Assembly: GCA_020725605.1 (NCBI GenBank)
Contig: DYER01000030.1
Coordinates: 83-64,082, forward strand
Direction: 5' to 3'
DNA: 64,000 nt
Source of the DNA: Ammonifex sp.
Lineage (GTDB): Bacteria > Bacillota > Desulfotomaculia > Desulfotomaculales > DYER01
Shown: positions 56,848 to 64,000 of the stretch, piece after piece
Layout: each line of letters opens with the position of its first letter
Numbering within the stretch: the stretch's first letter is position 1
Position numbers and translations under genes: made by a program
The notes under the pieces: generated by a model
What the model was told of the DNA's origin: nothing
Seen by the model: the letters and a program-made list of their open reading frames with translations, nothing else
Databases searched by the model: none

Positions 56848-56962
56848 TGCGCGGATTGAAGGCGTGCCCCCCCACGTTTAATTCACTTCTCCCCGGGAAA
56901 ACCCGGCCACAGCCCGAGGCGCCGCCGGATGCCCACCGGCGACGGCCGCTATTCCCCGAAAA

Positions 56963-57376
56963 CTACTCCCCCATTACCTTCACGATCACCCTTTTTCTCC
57001 GCCGCCCGTCGAATTCCGCGTAAAAGATCTGCTGCCACGGCCCCAGGTCCAGCCTGCCCTCCGTGACCGGCACCACCACCTGGTGGTGCACCAGGATGCT
57101 CTTCAGGTGGGCGTCGCCGTTGTCCTCGCCGGTGCGGTGGTGGCGGTAATCCCTCCCGAAAGGGGCGAGCCTCTCCAGCAACTCGTCCAGGTCCTCGCGG
57201 AAACCGGGCTCGTCGTCGTTCACGTACACGCCGGCGGTGATGTGCATGGCCGAAACCAGCACCATGCCCTCACGGATGCCGCTCTCCGCGACCGCCTTCT
57301 CCACCTCGGCCGTGATGTTCACGTACTCGCGGCGCCCTTCGGTGTTGAACCAGAGGTATTTGGTGTGGGACTTCAT
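56963..57376 (-). CDS. yjbQ: YjbQ/UPF0047 family protein (secondary thiamine-phosphate synthase-type)
   Basis: The ATG at 57376 lies 3-4 nt after GAGGAGGGAG. The product is ...[12 protein letters not shown]...[22 protein letters not shown]...[11 protein letters not shown]... Confidence 0.85.
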   Translation of the reverse strand: MKSHTKYLWFNTEGRREYVNITAEVEKAVAESGIREGMVLVSAMHITAGVYVNDDEPGFREDLDELLERLAPFGRDYRHHRTGEDNGDAHLKSILVHHQVVVPVTEGRLDLGPWQQIFYAEFDGRRRKRVIVKVMGE

Positions 57377-57507
57377 CTGCTCCCTCCTCAACCGGGTCCG
57401 ATCCATGTTTCGTCATTTCTTGTATCCTTCCTGCCGAGAGGGCAGGCGCGTCCCCCGGGAATCGGAGCCTTCGTTCGGCACCCGCGAGACACCGGCGTGT
57501 CCTCTCG

Positions 57508-57675
57508 TCCCACCGTCCCGGCGGGCGAGGCGGCCCTCGGGTTCAGGCCCGACTCCACGCGGGCCACACCCTCTACCAGACCCGGAGGCAAGGCAAAGCG
57601 CGCCTCCGCTTCCCGGAAAAGGACCGCGAGGGATTGGCCTTTGACGGCGGGACAACCCTCCCGGTACGCGGGCCG
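57508..57675 (-). pseudogene. Fragment of a lytic transglycosylase (SLT domain) gene
   Basis: The open frame reads ...AVLFREAEARFALPPGLVEGVARVESGLNPRAASPAGTVG..., matching the SLT catalytic-Glu region (..yglpp.Ll.ai..vESgFnP.A.S.aGA.G). The downstream GLMQ motif and the rest of the domain are missing. Confidence 0.3.
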
Positions 57676-57761
57676 TTAACCACGGCGCCTGCATCGATGC
57701 GCATTCCCTTATCCCCCGTTCTTGCACGTACCTCCACGGGGGACCTTGCTGCCCCGTGGAC

Positions 57762-57959
57762 CTATTCTTGCCGACCCTCCAGCCGCCTGATCCGCTCTTT
57801 CACGCGCTCGAGCTCCTCTTCCAGGCGGCGCTGGTACTCCCGCAGCAGGCCCAGCTCTTCCTCGACGCTCATGGTTCCCCACCAGCCGAAGGGGAGCCCG
57901 AAGGAGAATCCGAAGCAGAAGGGTCCGCTGAAACCAAACCAGCAACCGTGATGCCTCAA
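57762..57959 (-). CDS. Small Gly/Phe/Trp-rich protein with C-terminal coiled coil (DUF5320-like tail)
   Basis: The TTG at 57959 lies 7 nt after GGGAGGG. The product is (M)RHHGCWFGFSGPFCFGFSFGLPFGWWGTMSVEEELGLLREYQRRLEEELERVKERIRRLEGRQE. The same frame is open upstream into the ARH fragment, so the real start is uncertain. Confidence 0.4.
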   Translation of the reverse strand: MRHHGCWFGFSGPFCFGFSFGLPFGWWGTMSVEEELGLLREYQRRLEEELERVKERIRRLEGRQE

Positions 57960-58046
57960 CGGCGGTCCCTCCCGGAAAAGATGCTCTAAAAAAGGGCCCG
58001 GGCCCCTTTCCCCGGGGCCGTGGCTCCCAACAAGGGAGCGTATGCC

Positions 58047-58439
58047 CGGGGCCGCCCGCATGGCCGCACCGTTGCCAAAGGAACCCCCGGGGTAGATGTC
58101 TTCTGCGGCCCGGTCCCAGGGCGCCCCGAGCTTTATCCGGCGAAAGATCCGCGGCGGGCCGGGACCGTAGCCCCGCCACGGCTCCCGCTCGAAATTCCGC
58201 ACGAAGGTTTCGGCCATGTGGCGGCCGTCAAAGCCGCCGCAGGCCGCCAGGGATTCGGCCACGCCGAGCGCCATGTGCGTGTCGTCGGGGTAGCGCAGAA
58301 TCCGCCTTCTTCTTGCTGCGGCGTAGACCTCGGAACCGGAGACCGACCGCCGGCCCTCGAAGGGAGCGCCAAGGGCGTCCCCGACGGCAAGCCCCAGCAG
58401 GCAGCCGCAAAATTTCCGCTCCAAAACCTTCGGATCCAT
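58047..58439 (-). pseudogene. Truncated ADP-ribosylglycohydrolase family gene (N-terminal ~130 aa only)
   Basis: MDPKVLERKFCGCLLGLAVGDALGAPFEGR...YPDDTHMALGVAESL...PWRGYGPG...GGSFGNGAAMRAAP matches the ARH family up to the GNGAAMR motif. Family similarity then ends, and the frame continues without a stop into the DUF5320-like tail. Confidence 0.5.
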
Positions 58440-58663
58440 CGAGAGCCACCTGCGTTGCACGCCCGGCACCCACCGGTTCGAACGGCTCCCCGCGGGCCCT
58501 TCCTCAGGGTCACAAGGCGGGCCGCCTTCCGGCGGGCTCCCGGGCCTTGCCGGGAGGCTCTGGCCTGCCCGATACGGCATGCACCACGGGGCCGCCGCCC
58601 TCCGGCCGCACCGGGTCCCCACCGAAGGCCCGGAGGCCCGAAACGGGCCGTCGGGACCCGGGC

Positions 58664-59617
58664 TCATCCCGGCCCCAGCACCCTCAGCACCAGGCGCGCC
58701 AGCCACCTCCAGCCCAGCACCTTCAGGGAAAAGAAAAGCGACAACCGCACGGCCCTGACCAGGCCTCCCGCCGGCAGCGTGAAGGCACCGATACCGTCCT
58801 CCGCCGGGACGTAGCGCAAGCCGCGGACCAGCACCGCGGGCACGCCCTCGGCGCACTGTCCCATCAGGAGCGCCGCCGCGGCGGCCAGCTCGTCCGCGAT
58901 CAGGTCCGCGCCGCCGAACTTGGGCTTCCCGAACCGGTCCGGTTCCCCGAAGCGCCGCGCCACGGGGAGAAGTCCCGACGCGCCGCGGGCCACGTCCACC
59001 GTCCCGAACCCCGGGCCGTACTCGGTGTCCGTAACGACGACCGGGACCTCGAATCCCACAAGCTTCCCGATCTCCTCCCTGAGCTTCCTGGCCGCGGCGT
59101 CGGGGTCGGCCGGAACCAGGCTCACCACCCCCGGAGGATGGTTGGAGGAGTCTACGCCCGCGCTGCTGGAAACCGCGCCTCCGCGGCGCACGAAAACCTC
59201 GCAGGGGAACCGTTCGAGTAGCAGCCGGGCCCTTCCCGGGTCCGCCGAGAGCTTCTCCAGGTCGATGATACCTTCGTCCGCAAGGCGCTTAAGGGGTACC
59301 AGGAAGAGGACCTCGTCGGCGTTCCGCAGCACCACCTCCAGAAACCGGGCGTCGAGCCCGGTCTTCCTTGCCAGCCGCCGCGCCTCCTTCGAGGGGGTAA
59401 CCTCCTCCAGCTTCACGAGCAGCCCTTCCGCCTTGGAAATGACCTTGCTGGCCACCACCAGCACGTCACCCGGCCGCAAGCCTCCGCATTTCCCGGCGGC
59501 CTCCACGAGCATGCGCGCCGGGGAATCCTCCGGGTTCACTTCTGGAAGGGCGAGCGCGAAAAGCTCGAGCTTTTCCGCGTGGTTCTCTTGAACTCGGCCG
59601 GTAAAAGGTAAATCCAT
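58664..59617 (-). CDS. Coenzyme F420-0:L-glutamate ligase (CofE)-like family protein
   Basis: ...LRPGDVLVVASKVISKAEGLLVKLEEVTPSKEARRLA...VVVTDTEYGPGFG...DELAAAAALLMGQ... The ATG at 59617 lies 9 nt after GGAGGTG. There is a hydrophobic or amphipathic C-terminal tail. Confidence 0.7.
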   Translation of the reverse strand: MDLPFTGRVQENHAEKLELFALALPEVNPEDSPARMLVEAAGKCGGLRPGDVLVVASKVISKAEGLLVKLEEVTPSKEARRLARKTGLDARFLEVVLRNADEVLFLVPLKRLADEGIIDLEKLSADPGRARLLLERFPCEVFVRRGGAVSSSAGVDSSNHPPGVVSLVPADPDAAARKLREEIGKLVGFEVPVVVTDTEYGPGFGTVDVARGASGLLPVARRFGEPDRFGKPKFGGADLIADELAAAAALLMGQCAEGVPAVLVRGLRYVPAEDGIGAFTLPAGGLVRAVRLSLFFSLKVLGWRWLARLVLRVLGPG

Positions 59618-59756
59618 CCCGCCAGCCACCTCCGCCTTCTGCCCTGATTCCACTCAGAAAAAGCCATTGCGTTTGGCGTACACCCATATGGCGGCCCTAA
59701 ACCTATTTGGGATTCCGTTCGGCCAATATTCTTATTCTCGGCGCGGTAACCGTCCT

Positions 59757-59972
59757 GGGATACTGATCACCCGGCTCCGGAAACTACGTCGCAGCTTAAC
59801 CCAGCGCCAGGGACTCTCCCCGGCCCGCTGGCCCGCAGGATCGGCACTGGGCAGGCCGCCATCGCAAGGCTCGAAAGCGCCCGGGCCAATCCGACGCTCG
59901 GGCTTTCTCAGGAAAGTGGTCGAGGCTCTGGACGCCGAACTGGAAGTCGCGCTACGACCCCGCCGTAAAAAT
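59757..59972 (+). pseudogene. Frameshifted XRE-family HTH (antitoxin-like) gene
   Basis: The HTH is split over two frames: LRKLRRSLTQRQ (frame of ORF 59667..), then LARRIGTGQAAIARLESARANPTLG (alternate frame), then back to LRKVVEALDAELEVALRP. Confidence 0.35.
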
Positions 59973-59974
59973 AG

Positions 59975-60190
59975 CTACTTCAGCAACCCCTCGAAGCCTG
60001 CCCGCTCGAAGTGGTGGTCGGTAGTAAGGGCCCGGTAAATCCTACGTTGTTGCATGAGGACGAAGCTGATGCAGTCGGTGAGACTCCGGTCCTTGTCTTT
60101 TCTCTTCCTGAACAGTACAGGCCCCCGGCGAATAAGTTCGGGGGAGACGTGAACGATTTCCGGGTGTCCCCTTGCGTTCTGCCTTGTGGA
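59975..60190 (-). pseudogene. C-terminal fragment of a PIN-domain (VapC-like) toxin gene
   Basis: Manual translation gives ...HPEIVHVSPELIRRGPVLFRKRKDKDRSLTDCISFVLMQQRRIYRALTTDHHFERAGFEGLLK*, a typical PIN C-terminus (..lS..D..s...m......a.T.D.hF..aGf). There is an in-frame TAA at 60191-60193 and no intact N-terminal half in any frame. Confidence 0.45.
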
Positions 60191-60398
60191 TTATCCGTAC
60201 CCAACGCAACGATGGTGCTCTCGAGCAAGGTCGGGACCGCGGTGGCCGATTTGCACCGCCCGGAAGGAGAATTCCGGAAGCCGTAGAAATGACGAGACGG
60301 GTTGTGATTCCCCTTACGGCGGCCGTTAACGCAGACGCCTTTCGGGGGGTGGGGGCGGTGGGGCCGGCACTTCGGGCGGAACCCGGGGGTGATCGCGC

Positions 60399-61571
60399 GT
60401 GCTGATGCAGGCCGAACTGTACGGAAACGACCGCGCCTTCACGGCCTTCCATACGGTGGGCCCGGAGACCGACCTTCAGGCCCTCAACCTTAACTGGCGG
60501 GAGTCGGACCTCCCCCAGCGGGAGCGCACCAAGCACGTCCACGGGCTGCACCCCTACCTGGGCAAGTTCATCCCGCAGCTGGTGGAGATTTTCCTGAGGA
60601 AGTACGCCCGGCGGGCGGTCGTGGACCCCTTCGCGGGCTCGGGCACCACCCTGGTGGAGGCCAACGCCCTGGGCCTCGCGGCCTGCGGGTGCGACATCTC
60701 CTACTTCAACTGCCTCCTGACCAGGGTCAAGACCGGCGAGCACGACCTGGACCTGCTGGAGCGCGAGCTGAAGGACATCCTGGTGCGCGCCGAACTGAGG
60801 GCCTTCGCGGCGCGCGCCCGGCGGGCCGAACCCGGGGTCACGGGCTACCTGGCCGAGTGGTACGCCCCCGAGGCCCTGATCGAACTCCTGGCCTACCGGG
60901 AACTGATTCCCGGGTACCGGCACCGCGAAGTGCTCCAGGTGGTGCTGTCGCGGGCGGCCCGGTCGGCGCGGCTGACCACGCATTTCGAGCTGGACTTCCC
61001 GAAGGAGCCCCAGCGGGAGCCCTACTACTGCCGCAAGCACCACCGCGTCTGCCGGCCCACCACCAGGGCCCTGCCCTTCCTGAGGCGCTACACGTACGAC
61101 ACCCTGGCCCGGCTGCGGGAATTCGCGGCCGTGCGCACCGGCGCGCCGGTGGAGGTCTTCTGGGGCGACGCCCGGGAGGTGCGCTTCCCGGCCCACGACA
61201 CGGTGGTGACCTCACCGCCGTACCTGGGCCTCATCGACTACCACGAGCAGCACCGCTACGCCTACGAACTGCTGGGCCTGCCGGAACTGCGGGACAAGGA
61301 GATCGGGCGCCCCGAAAAGGGGAACGGCGCCCGGGCCGCCCGGGAGTACTACGAGGGCATAAAGGCGGTCTTCGCCAACGTGGCCCGCAGCCTGGAACCC
61401 GGCGGCCACGTGGTCATCGTGGTGCACGACCGCGGCGAGATGTACTTCGAGATGGCGCGGGAGCTGGGCTTTGCGGTGGAGGCGGTGCTCGAGCGGCACG
61501 TGAACCGGCGCACCGGAAGGCGCAGCGGCGAGTTTTTCGAGCGGGTGTACGTTTGGAAGAAGGAACGGTAG
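60399..61571 (+). CDS. DNA methyltransferase (N4-cytosine/N6-adenine type), no adjacent restriction enzyme
   Basis: 390 aa. SAM motif I VVDPFAGSGTT near aa 75-85 and catalytic motif IV TSPPY near aa 268, with a long variable region between them. Confidence 0.8.
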   Translation: MLMQAELYGNDRAFTAFHTVGPETDLQALNLNWRESDLPQRERTKHVHGLHPYLGKFIPQLVEIFLRKYARRAVVDPFAGSGTTLVEANALGLAACGCDISYFNCLLTRVKTGEHDLDLLERELKDILVRAELRAFAARARRAEPGVTGYLAEWYAPEALIELLAYRELIPGYRHREVLQVVLSRAARSARLTTHFELDFPKEPQREPYYCRKHHRVCRPTTRALPFLRRYTYDTLARLREFAAVRTGAPVEVFWGDAREVRFPAHDTVVTSPPYLGLIDYHEQHRYAYELLGLPELRDKEIGRPEKGNGARAAREYYEGIKAVFANVARSLEPGGHVVIVVHDRGEMYFEMARELGFAVEAVLERHVNRRTGRRSGEFFERVYVWKKER

Positions 61572-61790
61572 GAGGGGCGGCGTGTCACCGCCACCGGCGG
61601 AAGCCAGAATCCGGATTATCCGGTTTCGTTCTTCCGTTTGAGGCCGGCTCCGGCGGTCGGACGGGTTTTACGGCACGGAGCCGGGACCCGAGAAAGCGAC
61701 GCGGAGGGGTGGAAGCGACTTTACGGAGCGATATGGATTAAGGTTTTGCGGGCGAGGGGATCCCGGGCAACGGCCCGGTTTTGTTTTTAG

Positions 61791-62465
61791 AGGGAGTTCA
61801 ACTTCACCGAACTCAACGCCACCTTCTACACCATGCCCGGCCGGGACCTCTTCTACCGCCTGGCCAGAAAAACGCCGCCCGAATTCCGGTTCGCGGTCAA
61901 GCTCCACCAGTCCGTGACCCACACGCGGGAAAGGCCCCTTGCGGAAAGCGCCGGGCGTTTCCGCGCGGCCCTGGAGCCCCTCGTGAGGGAACAAAAACTG
62001 GGCTGCCTGCTGGCCCAGTTCCCCTACTCCTTCAAGAACGCCCCGGAAAACCTGGCCTACCTGGGGGCCCTGCGGCGGGAGTTGCCGGACCTGCCCCTGG
62101 CCGTGGAGTTCCGGCACCGCAGCTGGATCACGCAAGGCACCATGGACTTCCTGAAAAACGAGGGCCTGGCCTACGTGTGCGTGGACGAACCCGGCCTCCC
62201 CAACCTGGTGCGGCCCGTGGCGGCGACCACGGCCGAAATCGCCTACGTCCGGTTCCACGGCCGCAACGCCGCCAAATGGTGGCATCACGCCGAGGCCCGG
62301 GAGCGGTACGACTACGAGTATTCGGAAGAGGAACTGTCCGAGTGGGTCCCCCGCATCCGGCGCCTCGCCGAGCAGGCCCGCACCGTGTACGTGGTGTTCA
62401 ACAACCACCCCCGCGGCCAGGCGGTCACCAACGCCCGCGTTCTGCGACGGTTGCTGGGATTGTGA
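61791..62465 (+). CDS. DUF72 (YecE-like) family protein, 5'-truncated or disrupted
   Basis: Family similarity (..EFNFTELNATFYTMP....F..W...TPPEFRFAVKLHQ...) begins before the first ATG (61833). It is cut by an in-frame TAG at 61788-61790 with no start codon in between. The product from 61833 is 210 aa. Confidence 0.7.
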   Translation, partial: REFNFTELNATFYTMPGRDLFYRLARKTPPEFRFAVKLHQSVTHTRERPLAESAGRFRAALEPLVREQKLGCLLAQFPYSFKNAPENLAYLGALRRELPDLPLAVEFRHRSWITQGTMDFLKNEGLAYVCVDEPGLPNLVRPVAATTAEIAYVRFHGRNAAKWWHHAEARERYDYEYSEEELSEWVPRIRRLAEQARTVYVVFNNHPRGQAVTNARVLRRLLGL

Positions 62466-62518
62466 CCCTTCCTGGGCCGAGATAAGCCGTCGTGCGACCC
62501 CGCCATAGAAACGCCACT

Positions 62519-63865
62519 TCAGATTACGCCGGCCTGCCTGAGTTCCCGCAGTCTGGTTGAGCCGTAACCCAGGTACTTGCCGTAAACGTGTTCGTTGTCG
62601 GCTCCCACCGGCCGGCAGACCCACTTCACCCGCGGCGGGGTATGGGCCATCTTCCAGGGTGGCATCTGCACCAGGCACTCGCCGTAATGGGGGTCCCGTA
62701 TCTTGCGAAAAAGACCCCGCACCCACCAGTTCTCCTGCGCCAGGGTCTCGCGGGCGTTGTTGACCCGGCCCGTAACCACCGCGGCCGCCGGCCCGCTTTT
62801 GTGGCGAATATGCTCCTGAATGCGGGTCACGATTTCCTCCGCGGTGTGCCGGGCGGTCCACTGCTCGATAATTTCCAGCAACGGGCCTTCGTTCTCCAGT
62901 TTGGTGCGCTCCAAAAAGGAGTTGAAGCGCGGATCCTCCAGCAAATCGGGCCGCCCGATGATCTCCGTGAGGGTACGGAAGGCCTGGTCGTTGTAGGCGG
63001 CAATTAACACGTACCCGTCCCGACAGCGGGCGAAGGTATAGGGGTAGACGGCGGTGTCGAAGTTGCCGATCCTTTGCTTTACCTGGCCCTGGGTATGGTA
63101 CCAGACGATGTTGTAGTCAATGAGGCGCATAACGGCCTCGACGCCGGAAACGTCAATAAACTGACCCTCCCCCGACACGGCCCGGTAATTAAGGGCCGCC
63201 AGCACCCCGAAGGCTCCGAACAGGCCGGCGGCGTACCAGCCCAGCCAGCTGCCCACCCTGGTGGGTACGGCGCATTCGGGCGGCGCCAGGTCGTCCGGCT
63301 CGCCGGTGATGTAGGCGATCCCCGAGGCGGCCTGGCTCACGATCTCCGCGTCGGGCTGCCCGCACCGGGCCCGGGGTCCGAACTGGCCGAAGTTGTAAAT
63401 GGACAGGTAAATAAGGCGGGGGTTGACCCGGCTCAGCTGGCGGTAACCCAAACCCCAGGCGTCCATGACCCCCGGGCGGAAGGTTTCAATGACCACGTCG
63501 GCCCGGCCCGCCAGGTGGCGGAAAATACGCCGCCCCTCCTCGCGGTGGAGGTCCAGGGTAACGTGCCACTTGTTCCGGCCCTCCACCAGGTAGCCCAATC
63601 CCGCATCACCCATCATCAGCCCCTCGGGGGTGAACTTACGGGCCACATCGCCATCGGGCGGCTCGACCCGGATTACCTCGGCCCCGAACTCGGCCAGCAC
63701 CGAGGAGCACACCAGGCCCCCCAGGTGGCCGTGGCTGGCGTCCAGCACCACCAGCCCTTCCAGGGCTTCCGGCTTTCCAAACGCGGCGGTCGGATCGGTC
63801 TGGTCTTTGGCCCAGGTGAACCAGTCCTTCTCCTGCACGGGAGCCCTCCTCTCGTAAGATTCCAT
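62519..63865 (-). CDS. Family III CoA-transferase (CaiB/BaiF type)
   Basis: ...LEGLVVLDASHGHLGGLVCSSVLAEFGAEVIRVEPP...DVVIETFRPGVMDAWGLGY... The start is probably the ATG at 63865. Confidence 0.85.
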   Translation of the reverse strand: MESYERRAPVQEKDWFTWAKDQTDPTAAFGKPEALEGLVVLDASHGHLGGLVCSSVLAEFGAEVIRVEPPDGDVARKFTPEGLMMGDAGLGYLVEGRNKWHVTLDLHREEGRRIFRHLAGRADVVIETFRPGVMDAWGLGYRQLSRVNPRLIYLSIYNFGQFGPRARCGQPDAEIVSQAASGIAYITGEPDDLAPPECAVPTRVGSWLGWYAAGLFGAFGVLAALNYRAVSGEGQFIDVSGVEAVMRLIDYNIVWYHTQGQVKQRIGNFDTAVYPYTFARCRDGYVLIAAYNDQAFRTLTEIIGRPDLLEDPRFNSFLERTKLENEGPLLEIIEQWTARHTAEEIVTRIQEHIRHKSGPAAAVVTGRVNNARETLAQENWWVRGLFRKIRDPHYGECLVQMPPWKMAHTPPRVKWVCRPVGADNEHVYGKYLGYGSTRLRELRQAGVI

Positions 63866-63867
63866 GG

Positions 63868-64000
63868 TTACCAGGCGGCTCCGGCCCGTCCGTCCCAGTC
63901 CGCGGGCGGACGCGCCCCCGGCCGGTCGGCCCACTTGCCGATGACGCCCTTGGCGGTTAGTTCCGCCAGTTCTTCGTCGCCCAGACCCAGGATTTTCTTG
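63868..64000 (-). CDS. C-terminal end of another CoA-transferase-like gene; the 5' part lies beyond the right edge
   Basis: Manual translation gives ...KKILGLGDEELAELTAKGVIGKWADRPGARPPADWDGRAGAAW*, with the stop at 63868-63870. The ..LG..deeI.eL...GVI tail is typical of family III CoA-transferases. Confidence 0.45.
   Translation of the reverse strand, partial: KKILGLGDEELAELTAKGVIGKWADRPGARPPADWDGRAGAAW

Noticed and set aside
57377-57500. Looked for a TPP riboswitch upstream of the yjbQ (thiamine-related family) gene.
   Set aside because: No CTGAGA or ACCCTTTGAACCTGATCCGG-type conserved blocks are present. The region instead looks like a gene remnant.
58475-58483. A GGTTCGAAC string resembling a tRNA T-loop.
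   Set aside because: No flanking acceptor, D or anticodon stems can be drawn. It lies in the spurious upstream extension of the ARH fragment.

Overview
The window is GC-rich (about two-thirds G+C by eye) and densely coding, with most genes on the minus strand. It looks like the chromosome of an endospore-forming Firmicute/Clostridia-like bacterium. Recognisable spore genes are gpr, an alpha/beta-type SASP, ylbJ, a GerAB-type permease, Coat-F-like proteins and a YvrJ/DUF1659/DUF2922 cluster.

Conserved housekeeping blocks:
- rpmF-yceD next to fapR-plsX-fabH-fabK-fabD-fabG-acpP-fabF-rnc-ftsY
- rsmD-coaD-ylbJ
- recG and rpmB
- ribD-ribE-ribBA-ribH
- a beta-oxidation set: acyl-CoA synthetase, MaoC dehydratase, acyl-CoA dehydrogenase, etfBA
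- a SAM by-product salvage cluster: mtnP-mtnA-ahcY-class II aldolase-mtaD
- cell-envelope glycosyltransferases and a TagGH-like ABC exporter

Accessory or decayed material:
- an HTH-MNT/HepT toxin-antitoxin pair beside an RHH antitoxin with a truncated PIN toxin
- a decayed islet with XRE and PIN fragments, an orphan DNA methyltransferase and a 5'-truncated DUF72 gene
- several other gene remnants

The most unusual signal is a family of about 68-76 nt elements with terminal inverted repeats. The arms are GACGGGGAATTTTGCC / GGCAAAATTCCCCGTC around an asymmetric conserved core. It occurs 8 times in this window, always in short spacers and often within 7-18 nt of stop or start codons inside operons. 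I do not recognise it as a named element.

Also notable are an EndoQ(PHP)-UvrD helicase fusion of 1114 aa and the amidase-containing DUF1659/DUF2922/YvrJ operon.

Many long ORFs in the six-frame track are antisense or off-frame artefacts of the high GC content and were not called. All family assignments come from motif recognition by eye, with no database search.
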